Below are positions 28,521-38,364 of a DNA stretch of 64,000 nucleotides, piece after piece. Numbering within the stretch: position 1 is the stretch's first letter; the number at the start of each line of letters is the position of its first letter. This DNA comes from Nostoc sp. GTDB lineage: Bacteria; Cyanobacteriota; Cyanobacteriia; Cyanobacteriales; Nostocaceae. The stretch lies in the NCBI RefSeq assembly GCF_036917575.1, contig NZ_JBALDC010000040.1, positions 83-64,082 on the forward strand, written 5' to 3'. The notes below the pieces were generated by a model. It had not been told where the DNA came from, did no database searches, and saw only the letters and a list, made by a program, of their open reading frames with translations. A program made the position numbers and the translations under genes.

Positions 28521-29942
28521 TTAACCAAAATGCTGAATAATTGCTTCGGCAAATTCAGAACATTTTAAGGGTTTAACTGGCGGTTCTAGCAATCGGGCCA
28601 AATCGTAAGTGACTTGACTACTCGCGATCGCATCGCTTAAACCTTTCTTAATTAGGTCTGCCGCTTCTTGCCAACCCATAAATTCCAGCATCATCACACC
28701 AGATAAAATCACTGAACCAGGATTAATCCGATCTAAACCGGCGTGTTTCGGTGCAGTACCGTGTGTAGCTTCAAATATGGCACTAGAATCACCAATATTT
28801 GCTCCTGGCCCCATTCCCAATCCTCCAACAATGGCGGCGGCGGCATCAGACAAGTAATCGCCGTTCAAGTTCATCGTCGCCAAAATCGAATATTCATCCG
28901 GTCTGGTTTGGATTTGTTGAAAAATACTGTCAGCAATTCGGTCATTCACCAAAACTTTATCTTTCCATTTTCCCTCGCCGTGGGTTGCCCAAATTGAGTT
29001 AAGAACAGTTTCAACTTCCTTGACAATTTGCGCTTTTTTCTCTTCAGTGAGAGCATCAAACCCCGGATCGATCTCGCGGGCATTTTCTTCCAAGGAAATA
29101 TTTGGATTTTTTTCCTTGTTACTTAAAATCCAAGATTCCCGTTCGGTAACAGTTTCTTGGCGAAATTCGCTCGTTGCTAGTTCATAACCCCAATCGCGGA
29201 AAGCGCCTTCGGTGTACTTCATGATGTTGCCCTTATGCACCAAAGTCACTTGTTGCTTGTGTTTGGGCAATAGCAAAGCGTGTTTAATCGCACGTCTAAC
29301 TAGACGCTGGGAACCAGTTTTACTGATGGGTTTGATGCCAATACCAGAATCAAGAGGGATGCGTTTTTTCCCATGTTCTGGGGTACTGGGGATCAGTTCT
29401 TCATTGAGAATTTTAATTAAGCGATCGCCGATTTCGCTACCTTGTCGCCACTCAATGCCTAAATAAATATCTTCTGTATTCTCCCGATAAACAATTACAT
29501 CTAGCTTTTCAGGATTTTTGTGGGGTGAGGGCGTACCTGCATAGTAACGGCAAGGACGCACGCAGGCATACAAGTCAAAAATTTGTCGCAGTGCCACATT
29601 TAAAGAACGAATTCCCCCACCAACGGGAGTAGTTAAAGGCCCTTTAATAGCTACACCATATTCTTCAATTGCCGTAAGAGTGTCTTGAGGTAAATACTGG
29701 TAAGTACCATATAAATCACAAGCTTCATCACCAGCGTAAACCTTGAACCAACTAATTTGACGCTGACCCTTATATGCTTTGGCTACCGCAGCATCTAGCA
29801 CTTTTTGGGTAGCAGGCCAAATGTCTATACCTGTACCATCGCCACGAATAAAGGGGATAATTGGATTGTCCGGTACAGTTGGTTCACCATTTTTGAAGGT
29901 GATTTTTGCTCCGGTTCCGGGGGGGGTAATCTTTTCGTACAT
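28521..29942 (-). CDS. icd: NADP-dependent isocitrate dehydrogenase
   Basis: 473-aa ORF beginning [38 protein letters not shown]. Motifs include LNVALRQ and [13 protein letters not shown]. Confidence 0.95.
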   Translation of the reverse strand: MYEKITPPGTGAKITFKNGEPTVPDNPIIPFIRGDGTGIDIWPATQKVLDAAVAKAYKGQRQISWFKVYAGDEACDLYGTYQYLPQDTLTAIEEYGVAIKGPLTTPVGGGIRSLNVALRQIFDLYACVRPCRYYAGTPSPHKNPEKLDVIVYRENTEDIYLGIEWRQGSEIGDRLIKILNEELIPSTPEHGKKRIPLDSGIGIKPISKTGSQRLVRRAIKHALLLPKHKQQVTLVHKGNIMKYTEGAFRDWGYELATSEFRQETVTERESWILSNKEKNPNISLEENAREIDPGFDALTEEKKAQIVKEVETVLNSIWATHGEGKWKDKVLVNDRIADSIFQQIQTRPDEYSILATMNLNGDYLSDAAAAIVGGLGMGPGANIGDSSAIFEATHGTAPKHAGLDRINPGSVILSGVMMLEFMGWQEAADLIKKGLSDAIASSQVTYDLARLLEPPVKPLKCSEFAEAIIQHFG

Positions 29943-30008
29943 CGTTCACACACTCCTAATCGATACACTGCTAGTCAAAAAATCCTGATGTGGCAGGCTT
30001 GTATATTA

Positions 30009-30045
30009 GGGACTGGGTATTGGGTATTGGGGACTGGGTATTGGG
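30009..30045. repeat. STRR heptamer array (GGGGACT/GGGTATT units)
   Basis: The run is gggactgggtattgggtattggggactgggtattggg, in the divergent icd/gun4 intergenic region. Confidence 0.85.
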
Positions 30046-30094
30046 AAGAGACAATGGAGTGATTTTTTAAATAATTCCCCTTCTTGTCCATGTT

Positions 30095-30132
30095 CCCCCA
30101 GTCCCCAGTCCCCAGTCCCCAGTCCCCAATCC
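30095..30132. repeat. STRR heptamer array in inverse orientation (AGTCCCC x about 5)
   Basis: The run is cccccagtccccagtccccagtccccagtccccaatcc. It is largely the reverse complement of the 30009-30045 block. Confidence 0.85.
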
Positions 30133-30310
30133 GCAGATTTTCCCCTTATTCCCCTTGTACATTATTTGGGAATTAAGTGTGGGATTTCAGTGAAGCGATC
30201 GCAATTTTGTACGATCAAAAATAGTAAACTACTTTTCGCTATCAGTACTTCACTTTAGAGAATGCCCGATAGCTTACCGCTCTTTCACTGACCGTTAACA
30301 CAAGAATGGC

Positions 30311-31039
30311 ATGACAGACCCAATGATTTTATCAGGCCCTGCTAATGACATCGACTCTCTCCGAATACTGTTAATCACTGGGTCTGAAAAAGTCCAACAA
30401 CAGATAATCCCACAATTAGCTGAGTTGGGTAATGAGGGATTAAACGTGTTGATGGAATTTTTACTGAAACGACGTGATAACCCAGTGACTTGGATTGACG
30501 GCAAAGCCTACCAAATGCTTTACAACTCTGATGCACCTCAAGCCAAAGAATTTTTGCGTTCCTATTTTCCTGAAGGAATTGTACCTCTAAAATCAGAGTG
30601 CGGGATTAATTACAATTCTTTGCAACAACTACTTGCTGCTCAAGATTTCCAAGCAGCCGATCGCGTCACCATCGAAAAAATGTGCGAACTATCAGGGCCA
30701 ACGGCTGTACAACGAAAATGGTTGTATTTTACCGAAGTAGAAAATACCTCGTCTGTTGACTTACAAACCATTAACAACCTATGGTTAGTCTACTCCGAAG
30801 GTAAATTTGGTTTTTCAGTGCAGCGAGAAATCTGGTTGAGTTTGGGTAAAAATTGGGAGAATTTCTGGCCGAAAATTGGCTGGAAGGCAGGTAATAACTG
30901 GACGCGATACCCTAACGAGTTTACCTGGGATTTAAGTGCGCCTAAAGGTCACTTACCCCTTTCTAATCAACTTCGCGGAGTACGAGTTTTTGCTTCTTTA
31001 CTTTCTCACCCAGCTTGGTCTAAAAATCCAGAAAAATAA
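30311..31039 (+). CDS. gun4: GUN4-domain protein (Mg-chelatase activator / porphyrin-binding)
   Basis: 242-aa ORF. The C-terminal GUN4 core reads LQQLLAAQDFQAADRVT..., WLYFTEV..., LWLVYSEGKFGFSVQREIW, WTRYPNEFTWDLSAPKGHLP. Confidence 0.9.
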   Translation: MTDPMILSGPANDIDSLRILLITGSEKVQQQIIPQLAELGNEGLNVLMEFLLKRRDNPVTWIDGKAYQMLYNSDAPQAKEFLRSYFPEGIVPLKSECGINYNSLQQLLAAQDFQAADRVTIEKMCELSGPTAVQRKWLYFTEVENTSSVDLQTINNLWLVYSEGKFGFSVQREIWLSLGKNWENFWPKIGWKAGNNWTRYPNEFTWDLSAPKGHLPLSNQLRGVRVFASLLSHPAWSKNPEK

Positions 31040-31065
31040 TTTTGAGCCTACGGACAAATAGACTT

Positions 31066-31227
31066 ATGATCAATCCCACCAACAGAGAATTCTACGTCAT
31101 TATTGAACGGGATGAAGATGGCTACTATGTCGGAGAAGTAACTCAGCTACAAGCCTGTTACAGTCAAGGGGAAACAATTGATAAGTTGATGGTTAACATA
31201 AAAGAAGTAATTGAACTTTGTTTATAA
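31066..31227 (+). CDS. hicB: HicB-family antitoxin (UPF0150-like), probably C-terminally truncated, no hicA partner
   Basis: MINPTNREFYVIIERDEDGYYVGEVTQLQACYSQGETIDKLMVNIKEVIELCL*. The ATG at 31066 is preferred over the TTG at 31042. Confidence 0.65.
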   Translation: MINPTNREFYVIIERDEDGYYVGEVTQLQACYSQGETIDKLMVNIKEVIELCL

Positions 31228-31292
31228 ACAAAAATTGATGAAAAAAATACCAGAATTTATCGGTATTCAAAAGGTAGTGATTTAATAATTTC

Positions 31293-31565
31293 ATGAAGTT
31301 TGAGTGGGACGAAAATAAAGCGGCAATAAATCTTTTAAAACATCAGGTTTCGTTTGAAGAAGCCAAAACTGTTTTCGACGATCCGCTTTATGTTGACTTC
31401 TATGATCCAGACCACTCTGATGATGAGGAGCGTTACCTTATTATTCGAGAGTCAAATCAGGGACGCTTACTAATCATGTCGTATACGGAAAGGGGAAATT
31501 CGATTCGTCTCATTAGTGCAAGAGAAGTAACGCGAGCCGAGCGAGAAGTATATGAAGAAGAATAA
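31293..31565 (+). CDS. brnT: BrnT-family (DUF497) type II toxin
   Basis: MKFEWDENKAAINLLKHQVSFEEAKTVFDDPLYVDFYDPDHSDDEERYLIIRESNQGRLLIMSYTERGNSIRLISAREVTRAER is the typical BrnT pattern. Confidence 0.85.
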   Translation: MKFEWDENKAAINLLKHQVSFEEAKTVFDDPLYVDFYDPDHSDDEERYLIIRESNQGRLLIMSYTERGNSIRLISAREVTRAEREVYEEE

Positions 31566-31818
31566 GCCAGAAATGGAAGAGGATTTGCGTTCAGAGTATG
31601 ACTTAAAAAGCCTAAGAGTCAGAAAATTCGGCCTTGAACGAAAGAGCTTTGGTAAAACAACAATTCGTTTAGAACCTGATGTTGCAGAGGTTTTTCCCAA
31701 TGCCGATGCTGTTAATGAAGCTCTAAGATTTCTGATTAGAGTTGTGCAGGACAATCAAGTTTCTGCACTTACAAAGCAGCCTCACAGTTCCTCAAAAGGG
31801 GCGGATAAAAGCCCCTAG
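31552..31818 (+). CDS. brnA: BrnA-like antitoxin
   Basis: It overlaps brnT by 14 nt. EYDLKSLRVRKFG...IRLEPDVAEVFPNADAVNEALRFLI is typical of BrnT partners. Confidence 0.75.
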   Translation: MKKNKPEMEEDLRSEYDLKSLRVRKFGLERKSFGKTTIRLEPDVAEVFPNADAVNEALRFLIRVVQDNQVSALTKQPHSSSKGADKSP

Positions 31819-31875
31819 TACTGAGTTGGAGGTTACTTGCCACATGATCCCAAACTAAAAATATCAAATCAGATA

Positions 31876-32997
31876 ATGGCAAACGTTCGTCTAGAAGATA
31901 TTAAGCGTAGATTCAATAACGTCACCGCAATTGAGGACATTAGCTTTGAAATTCCTGATGGCGAGTTTTGGGTTTTAGTCGGGCCATCGGGTTGTGGTAA
32001 GTCTACAATTTTGCGAACGATCGCCGGTTTAGAAACCGCTACATCTGGCAAACTCTATATTGGCGATCGCTTGGTGAATAATATCCCAGCCAGACAACGA
32101 GATGTGGCGATGGTGTTTCAAAACTACGCTCTTTATCCTCACATGAGTGTGGCGCAAAACATCGGCTTTGGCTTGGAAATGCGGAAGGTTGACCGAAAAA
32201 TCATTCAAGAACGGGTGATGAATGTGGCGCAAGCCCTTTCTCTGGATCGCTTGCTAGATCGTAAACCCAAACAACTTTCAGGGGGACAGCAACAAAGAGT
32301 AGCATTAGGGAGAGCGATCGCTCGTGAACCACAAGTGTTTTTACTTGATGAACCTTTGTCTAATTTAGATGCCCAATTGCGCGATGATACCAGGGCAGAA
32401 TTGAAACAGTTACATCAAGAATTAGGCATTACAACTATTTACGTTACCCACGATCAAGTTGAAGCGATGACTTTGGCTGATAAAATTGTCATCCTAAATC
32501 GAGGACGTATTCAACAAATTGGCGATCCCCAAACTATTTATGGAAATCCTGCTAATCAAATGGTGGCAGGTTTTTTAGGCAGTCCGCCAATGAATATTTT
32601 GCCTGGAATCTATCAAAACAATGGTTTTGATGTGAGTGGACAGTTATTAGCGATTCCAGCCGTTGTAAATGAAAAATTACACTTGCGTCAGGGACATAGT
32701 TTTAATTTAGGGATTCGTCCAGAGCATATTAAAATCAACACTGATTCAGAACGAGCTGATCCTCCCGCTACCGCTAACAGTACTCAAAACTCAGGACTAT
32801 TATCAGTTGAAGTTAAGGTTGTGGAACCTTTGGGAAGAGAAACTTTGATTCGTGCTAGTTTACCTGGTTCGGAGGTGATGTTGAATATTCAAGTAGGCGG
32901 TAATATGCGTCTTCGTCTAGGCGATCGCCTTTCTCTACAGCTCGATTTAAATCATTTGTTTGTATTCGATCCCAAAACTGGGGACAGAATTTTATAA
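31876..32997 (+). CDS. ABC transporter ATP-binding protein, MalK/UgpC-type (sugar import) with C-terminal regulatory domain
   Basis: Walker A GPSGCGKST, signature LSGGQQQRVALGRA, Walker B FLLDEPLSNLD. Start taken at MANVRLEDIK (31876). Confidence 0.9.
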   Translation: MANVRLEDIKRRFNNVTAIEDISFEIPDGEFWVLVGPSGCGKSTILRTIAGLETATSGKLYIGDRLVNNIPARQRDVAMVFQNYALYPHMSVAQNIGFGLEMRKVDRKIIQERVMNVAQALSLDRLLDRKPKQLSGGQQQRVALGRAIAREPQVFLLDEPLSNLDAQLRDDTRAELKQLHQELGITTIYVTHDQVEAMTLADKIVILNRGRIQQIGDPQTIYGNPANQMVAGFLGSPPMNILPGIYQNNGFDVSGQLLAIPAVVNEKLHLRQGHSFNLGIRPEHIKINTDSERADPPATANSTQNSGLLSVEVKVVEPLGRETLIRASLPGSEVMLNIQVGGNMRLRLGDRLSLQLDLNHLFVFDPKTGDRIL

Positions 32998-33108
32998 ATA
33001 GTTTCTTAAACTGCCAGAAGTAATCGCTAATTTCTAATTTTTTGTAGCCAAAATCTAAGAAAATGAAAACTGCAATATAGACTCAATAGATTCGTTGTAA
33101 AAACTTAT

Positions 33109-33924
33109 ATGACTATTAATCGACGCCATTTCTTAGTTTTACTTGCATCGGGTGCTGGTGCTTTTGCATTAGACGCTTGTGCATCGGCAGAGAAATCTTC
33201 TCAGGGAAACACTGCAACTTCCAACACAACACCAAATACAGCAGCAAATACAGCAGCAAATACAACACCAAATACAGCAGCAAATACAACGGCAAGTACA
33301 CCAGGTGCTATCCAACTACCACCTTTACCTTACGCTTACGAAGCACTAGAACCACACATCGATACCAAAACGATGCAATTTCACCATGATAAACACCACG
33401 CAACTTATGTGAAAAACCTGAATGCAGCGTTAGCCAAACATCCAGAACTCAAAGGCAAAACTGTTGAAGAAATGTTGCAAAAAATTGACAGCGTACCACA
33501 AGATATTCGCAAAATAGTACGTAATAATGGCGGTGGTCATGTCAACCACTCAATGTTCTGGCAAATTATGAAGCCGAAAGGTGGGGGAGAACCAACAGGG
33601 AATATAGCCACCGCAATTAATCAAAATTTTGGCTCTTTTGCAGCTTTCAAAAAACAGTTTAACGAGGCTGGTGCTGGTCGTTTTGGTAGTGGTTGGGTTT
33701 GGCTAGTGCGTAACAAGGGTGGCAAGTTGGAAGTGGCAACTACAGCCAATCAAGATACTCCCTTAAGTGCAGGTAAATATCCAATTTTGGGTAATGATGT
33801 ATGGGAACATGCATATTATCTCAATTACCAGAATCGCCGTGCCGATTATTTAGACGCTTGGTGGAACGTGGTTAATTGGGATGAAATTAATAAGCGGTTT
33901 GCAGCAGCAAGTAAATTTGCCTGA
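33109..33924 (+). CDS. sodA: Mn-type superoxide dismutase with N-terminal export/anchor signal and N/T/A repeat linker
   Basis: The Fe/Mn-SOD core reads [28 protein letters not shown]..., [15 protein letters not shown]. The N-terminus is [24 protein letters not shown], followed by (NTAA)n. Confidence 0.9.
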   Translation: MTINRRHFLVLLASGAGAFALDACASAEKSSQGNTATSNTTPNTAANTAANTTPNTAANTTASTPGAIQLPPLPYAYEALEPHIDTKTMQFHHDKHHATYVKNLNAALAKHPELKGKTVEEMLQKIDSVPQDIRKIVRNNGGGHVNHSMFWQIMKPKGGGEPTGNIATAINQNFGSFAAFKKQFNEAGAGRFGSGWVWLVRNKGGKLEVATTANQDTPLSAGKYPILGNDVWEHAYYLNYQNRRADYLDAWWNVVNWDEINKRFAAASKFA

Positions 33925-33960
33925 AACCAGACAATAATTTAGAGTTATAGGGGCTTAAAA

Positions 33961-34000
33961 ACTGGCTACAGAAACAACATTCTGCTGCCAGTTTTTTTTT
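33961..34000 (+). terminator. intrinsic terminator of sodA
   Basis: actggctacag...ctgctgccagt forms an imperfect stem and is followed by a 9-T run (33992-34000). Confidence 0.65.
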
Positions 34001-34284
34001 AATGAAAAACGCAGTGCAAGTGTTCGCAATCGTCAGTCTAAAAACGTCAACTCAAACCTTGATTGCTTCGTCAACCGACAAAAGTTTTCCATCTCCTGAA
34101 ATTGTTTTTGTGAACTCCGTTCACACGTTGTCACCACACGCTGATCTCCAACACTATAAACTGCTACTTTTACCAATTTATTTTGATTTTTGCTCACCTT
34201 CTCCCCGCAAGAGGGGAGAAGTCATTTTATGTGGCTAATTCATCCTTTCACTCAGCAACGCCTTTTTCTCGCACTGATTCCTCC

Positions 34285-35019
34285 TCAAAGCGGTTTTTGA
34301 GAAGGTACACCTACAGCACGAGGAAAATTAAGTGCTGTATTTGCTACCTTACGCACATAAAGGCAATGACGGATGCTATCACTTAGAGGAGTGGTAAATT
34401 TTTCAATTAACTCAATCACACCACCTAATTGGTTAACAGCATTTTGTAAATCTGTGGTTTCTTCCTTTGTCCAATTACCGCGATAAATTATGGCTAAACC
34501 TCCCTGTTTCAGGAGTGGTAAAGTATATTCTGCACAGACGGAGGCTGCCCCTACAGCACGGATCAATGCAATATCATAAGCTCGTCGATGCTGTGGGTGT
34601 TGACCAATTTCTTCCGCTCTACTAACAATAGTTTTGGCATTGGTTAGAGCAAGTTCATTTAATATATTGTCGAGAAAAATAATTTTTTTACGAGTGGAAT
34701 CGAGAAGAGTAATTGTGCAATTAGGTACAGTAATTGCTACTGGAACACCCGGAAAACCCGCACCTGTACCAATATCGATGATAGCGGGAGAAGCAGGGTA
34801 AAAATTTGCTGATAACAAGGGCGCAATTCCCCGCAGAGAATCCCAGAGATGTTTTTCCCAAAACTCTTGGGGTTCAACGATCCGAGTTAAATTTTGTTGG
34901 CGATTACCTTCTAGGATTAACTCATAAAGCTTTTGAAGTTGCGTTTGCTGTTGGACAGAAGGTTGCCAATTGAGAGTTTGCTGCCAGATTTCTGCCATCT
35001 CAGGCAATAAATTTGTCAT
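34285..35019 (-). CDS. rsmG: 16S rRNA (guanine527-N7)-methyltransferase
   Basis: 244-aa ORF with the SAM motif IIDIGTGAGFPGVPVAI and GidB-family N-terminus ...NLTRIVEPQEFWEKHLWDSL. Confidence 0.9.
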   Translation of the reverse strand: MTNLLPEMAEIWQQTLNWQPSVQQQTQLQKLYELILEGNRQQNLTRIVEPQEFWEKHLWDSLRGIAPLLSANFYPASPAIIDIGTGAGFPGVPVAITVPNCTITLLDSTRKKIIFLDNILNELALTNAKTIVSRAEEIGQHPQHRRAYDIALIRAVGAASVCAEYTLPLLKQGGLAIIYRGNWTKEETTDLQNAVNQLGGVIELIEKFTTPLSDSIRHCLYVRKVANTALNFPRAVGVPSQKPL

Positions 35020-35071
35020 TTGTCATGGAGTATGGTTATTCTTTTTGTCCCCTTGTCTCCCTGCTCTCCTC

Positions 35072-35746
35072 TCACACCGTTGGTAAAGGTTCATTGACTT
35101 TGGATTCTAGTGTCTTTGGGTCTACTGATTGTAATTCACCGTGGTTGAGTGTCCAGCATCGATCTGCGATCGCTAACAGATCCCCAGCATCGTGTGTCAC
35201 GATCAACAATGTCCAATCTTGTTTCAGTTTCGCTAATAAACTTACCAGTTGCCGACGCATTGACCAATCTAAACCAGCTGTGGGTTCATCCAATAACAGT
35301 AAATTTGGCTGGCGAATTAATTGCACTGCCAAAGCTAAACGTCGTTGTTGACCACCACTCAAAGCATAAGGGGCAGCAGATAGCGATAAATGCTCTAATC
35401 CCACTTCACTCAGCGCCTGTCTGACTCGTTCTGATCCTAACTCAGGATGTCCTAAACGCAATTCTTCTAAAATCGAACCACCACAAAAGTGTCGCTCTGG
35501 AAACTGAAATACCAACCCGGCTAATTGTTGTAGTTGTTCGGCTATAAGTTCTTGTTCCCGCCAGAAGAGAGCGCCAGTAGTGGGTTCGGCTAGTCCCGAC
35601 AAAATTTCTAGTAAGGTACTTTTACCCGAACCACTCGGGCCAATAATCAGACCTAGCTGCTGGGGTGCTAATTCTAAATTGATCGATTTGAGAATCGCTG
35701 TTGGACACGCTGTCGGATGATAATTTACATTTCGGAGATAAAGCAT
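35072..35746 (-). CDS. ABC transporter ATP-binding protein (ECF/CbiO-like)
   Basis: Walker A GPSGSGKST, signature LSGGQQRRLALAVQL, Walker B LLLDEPTAGLD. Confidence 0.85.
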   Translation of the reverse strand: MLYLRNVNYHPTACPTAILKSINLELAPQQLGLIIGPSGSGKSTLLEILSGLAEPTTGALFWREQELIAEQLQQLAGLVFQFPERHFCGGSILEELRLGHPELGSERVRQALSEVGLEHLSLSAAPYALSGGQQRRLALAVQLIRQPNLLLLDEPTAGLDWSMRRQLVSLLAKLKQDWTLLIVTHDAGDLLAIADRCWTLNHGELQSVDPKTLESKVNEPLPTV

Positions 35747-36052
35747 TTGTTAAGATTACCAAAAAGTCAGCAAATTACTGATTAGCTACACTGAGAGGAT
35801 CTGAAAAATTCTGGAAAAATTTATAACGCATTACCTGGATTAACACCTTAATTTAGCAGCAAGAATTATTCACTTTTTCTTTATTGTGGCAGACTAAGCC
35901 TGAAATAATGGTTAAAGCAAGCCTAGAAACATAGAAAGATTACCAATATATAAGAAAATTTTGGTTGAAGCAGAGGTAAGTTAAAATTAACCATTTTTGC
36001 ATTCTAAGTAACACATACAACTATTTCAACCGCAATTATTCTGAGGGTTAAA

Positions 36053-36985
36053 ATGATTAAAAGGTTTTATTCGCCTCGATTAGTAGTGTTTGCTAAACTC
36101 ACTACCTTTGCTCAGACTGCTTTTGCAACTGCGTTCGCACTTAATTTGTGGGTAAATCCCTCTTTGGCTGGCGATCCATTTCGCAATCGCGAACCTCATC
36201 CAATTGGCGACCAAACAGAAGCAGCTTTTAAAGCGATTTTTCAACAAGGTAACTATCCAGCAGCAGCTCGTTATCTGGAACAAGCACTATCCAAAGAGCC
36301 AAATGAACCTCTAGCTTATGCTATGCAGGCATCTTTAGCATACGGAAATAAGGATTGGGCTAAACTTGACACCTATAGTCAGAAAACTCTAGAAACAGGA
36401 CAAAAACTGATTCCTAGCGATCCATTACGTGGTAATTTATACACTGCTGTTGGTCATTTTTTAGAAGGTGCAGTAGTTATCACTCGTCAAGGTACAGTCA
36501 ACGGTGTACCCCAAGCCTTGAGTCGGCTGCGACAAGTTTATGAATATTTAGACAAAGCCGAAGCGATTTCTGCCAACGATCCAGAACTGAATTTAATCAA
36601 AGGTTATATGGATTTATTATTGGCGGTTAATTTGCCTTTTGCTAGCCCAGATCAGGCAATTCAACGCTTAGAACAAAATGCTTCTCCTCAATATCTAGTG
36701 GATCGGGGTATTGCTCTTGCTTACCGAGATTTAAAAAGGTATCCAGAGGCACTAGAGTATGTGAATCGGGCGATTCAAACCACATCCGATAATCCAGAAA
36801 TTTATTATCTCAAAGCCCAAATCCTTAAACAACTGGGGCAAAAAGAAAAAAGCCAGCAGATGTTCCAGGAAGCGATCGCTAATTTTGACAAAGCATTGAC
36901 TAAAAAATCCCAACTACCAGGCGATTTAGTCAAACAAATTGAGCGCGAACGCAGAAGTGCAGTTAGTCTTAAAAATCCTGGATAA
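36053..36985 (+). CDS. secreted TPR-like helical-repeat protein
   Basis: 310-aa ORF with a hydrophobic N-terminal signal. Repeated A/L/Y helical pairs are present (YPAAARYLEQAL, YPEALEYVNRAI, YYLKAQILKQLG). Confidence 0.7.
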   Translation: MIKRFYSPRLVVFAKLTTFAQTAFATAFALNLWVNPSLAGDPFRNREPHPIGDQTEAAFKAIFQQGNYPAAARYLEQALSKEPNEPLAYAMQASLAYGNKDWAKLDTYSQKTLETGQKLIPSDPLRGNLYTAVGHFLEGAVVITRQGTVNGVPQALSRLRQVYEYLDKAEAISANDPELNLIKGYMDLLLAVNLPFASPDQAIQRLEQNASPQYLVDRGIALAYRDLKRYPEALEYVNRAIQTTSDNPEIYYLKAQILKQLGQKEKSQQMFQEAIANFDKALTKKSQLPGDLVKQIERERRSAVSLKNPG

Positions 36986-37077
36986 TTGGGCATTGGCGAT
37001 TAAGTTTTTTTTACTATGCCCTATTCCCCATTTTGATATGCTTATTTCCAAGAGAGTAATTGAGATATTAGACCAAA

Positions 37078-37530
37078 ATGGAGATTCAGTTCCGCGAAAT
37101 TAATCCTTTTGATGTGTGGATTTGGCTGAAATTCAGTACAAATCCTTCTGCGCGTGAAAAGCAATATGTAGAAGAAGTTTTCAATTCCTGGTTTTATCTG
37201 GGTAAATTGGGTGCATTTAATGCAGAGAATCTCCAGGTGCAGGACACTGGACTCGATATCAGCTACATGAATTATGATGAACAAGGCTATGACAAAAGCC
37301 TACTAGCATTGATGCATAACATTGGTGAATTTGAATATGAGGGACAATGGGGACGTTGTTGGTTTGACTTAGGAACCAGTGATGCGATCGCTCTGGATAT
37401 TTTAATCAATGCCCTCACTCAACTAAATCAGGAATATGTCACCATTGAAGAATTATACATCGGTGGCGAAAATCCAGATTGGCCTATTGAGGATAGCGAA
37501 AGTCGTCCTCAGTCTATTTATGAGAATTAA
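37078..37530 (+). CDS. conserved cyanobacterial/plastid-lineage protein of unknown function (DUF3531-like, from memory)
   Basis: 150-aa ORF beginning MEIQFREINPFDVWIWLKF...WFYLGKLGAFNAENLQV. The family name was not verified. Confidence 0.6.
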   Translation: MEIQFREINPFDVWIWLKFSTNPSAREKQYVEEVFNSWFYLGKLGAFNAENLQVQDTGLDISYMNYDEQGYDKSLLALMHNIGEFEYEGQWGRCWFDLGTSDAIALDILINALTQLNQEYVTIEELYIGGENPDWPIEDSESRPQSIYEN

Positions 37531-37538
37531 TTATAAAA

Positions 37539-37970
37539 ATGAATAAAGCAGGCGAAATTCGCGTAATAGCTTTGGGGCTAATTCGGAATGGCGATGGCAT
37601 ATTTCTTTCTGAAGGCTACGATCCCGTAAAACAACAAACATTTTATCGGGCTTTAGGCGGCGGGGTCGAATTTGGCGAAACCAGCCGTGCCGCCTTAGAA
37701 CGAGAGTTTCAAGAGGAAATTCAGGCAGATTTAACAAATATTAAATATCTCGGTTGTATAGAGAACCTGTTTACATTTAATGGTAGGCAAGGTCATGAAA
37801 TTATTCAGCTTTTTCAATGTGACTTTGTTGATTCCAAATTTTATCAACTGGAAAGTTTAATTTTTTCCGAATCGCCACATCATAAACATAGAGCGTTATG
37901 GATAGATATATCTCGCTTGAAATCTGGGGAATTCAGATTAGTACCTGAAGTCTTTTTTGAATATTTATAA
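37539..37970 (+). CDS. NUDIX hydrolase
   Basis: Nudix box GGGVEFGETSRAALEREFQEEIQA, matching Gx5Ex7REuxEExGu. Confidence 0.85.
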   Translation: MNKAGEIRVIALGLIRNGDGIFLSEGYDPVKQQTFYRALGGGVEFGETSRAALEREFQEEIQADLTNIKYLGCIENLFTFNGRQGHEIIQLFQCDFVDSKFYQLESLIFSESPHHKHRALWIDISRLKSGEFRLVPEVFFEYL

Positions 37971-38364
37971 ATCATTTGGAAATCGCACTCAGCAAAAACA
38001 CAATATACTGATTGAGTTAATTCTGCTTTAGATTTTGCCACCATTCCTGCACAATAAGCACTCATCTTATGATCAAAATTGGGAATCAGGGCGGCCGCAT
38101 CATGTCAACAAGCAAAGTCTATTCTCAATAGAACTAAAAACAATGTCATTAACTCTTGCTTATTGCGAAAATTTTAGGCGATCGCTTTGGGGCTTAAAAA
38201 ATAATTAAGCGCGAAATCCTGATTTTTTCGTTGGTTCTTAACCTTCGTTGTGATCAAGAGTAATTTAGATGCGTTTGCCCTGAATTGGGAATGCAATCGC
38301 TCCCCTAGCCGAAGTAGTAGGGTTTGAGTAGAAGCAAGTGTTGAGTTGATTCAAGAAACCCAAA

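Noticed and set aside
28440-28568. 42-codon ORF (MLQYLRLKDLKLACEF...) with an upstream AGGAGG, overlapping the icd 3' end on the opposite strand
   Set aside because: It is too short, has no recognisable family, and partly overlaps a well-supported gene. The SD-like motif alone is insufficient.
34002-34386. Track ORFs 34002..34238 and 34183..34386
   Set aside because: They lie in the sodA terminator/rsmG 3' region. The second is antisense to rsmG, and the translations are low-complexity.
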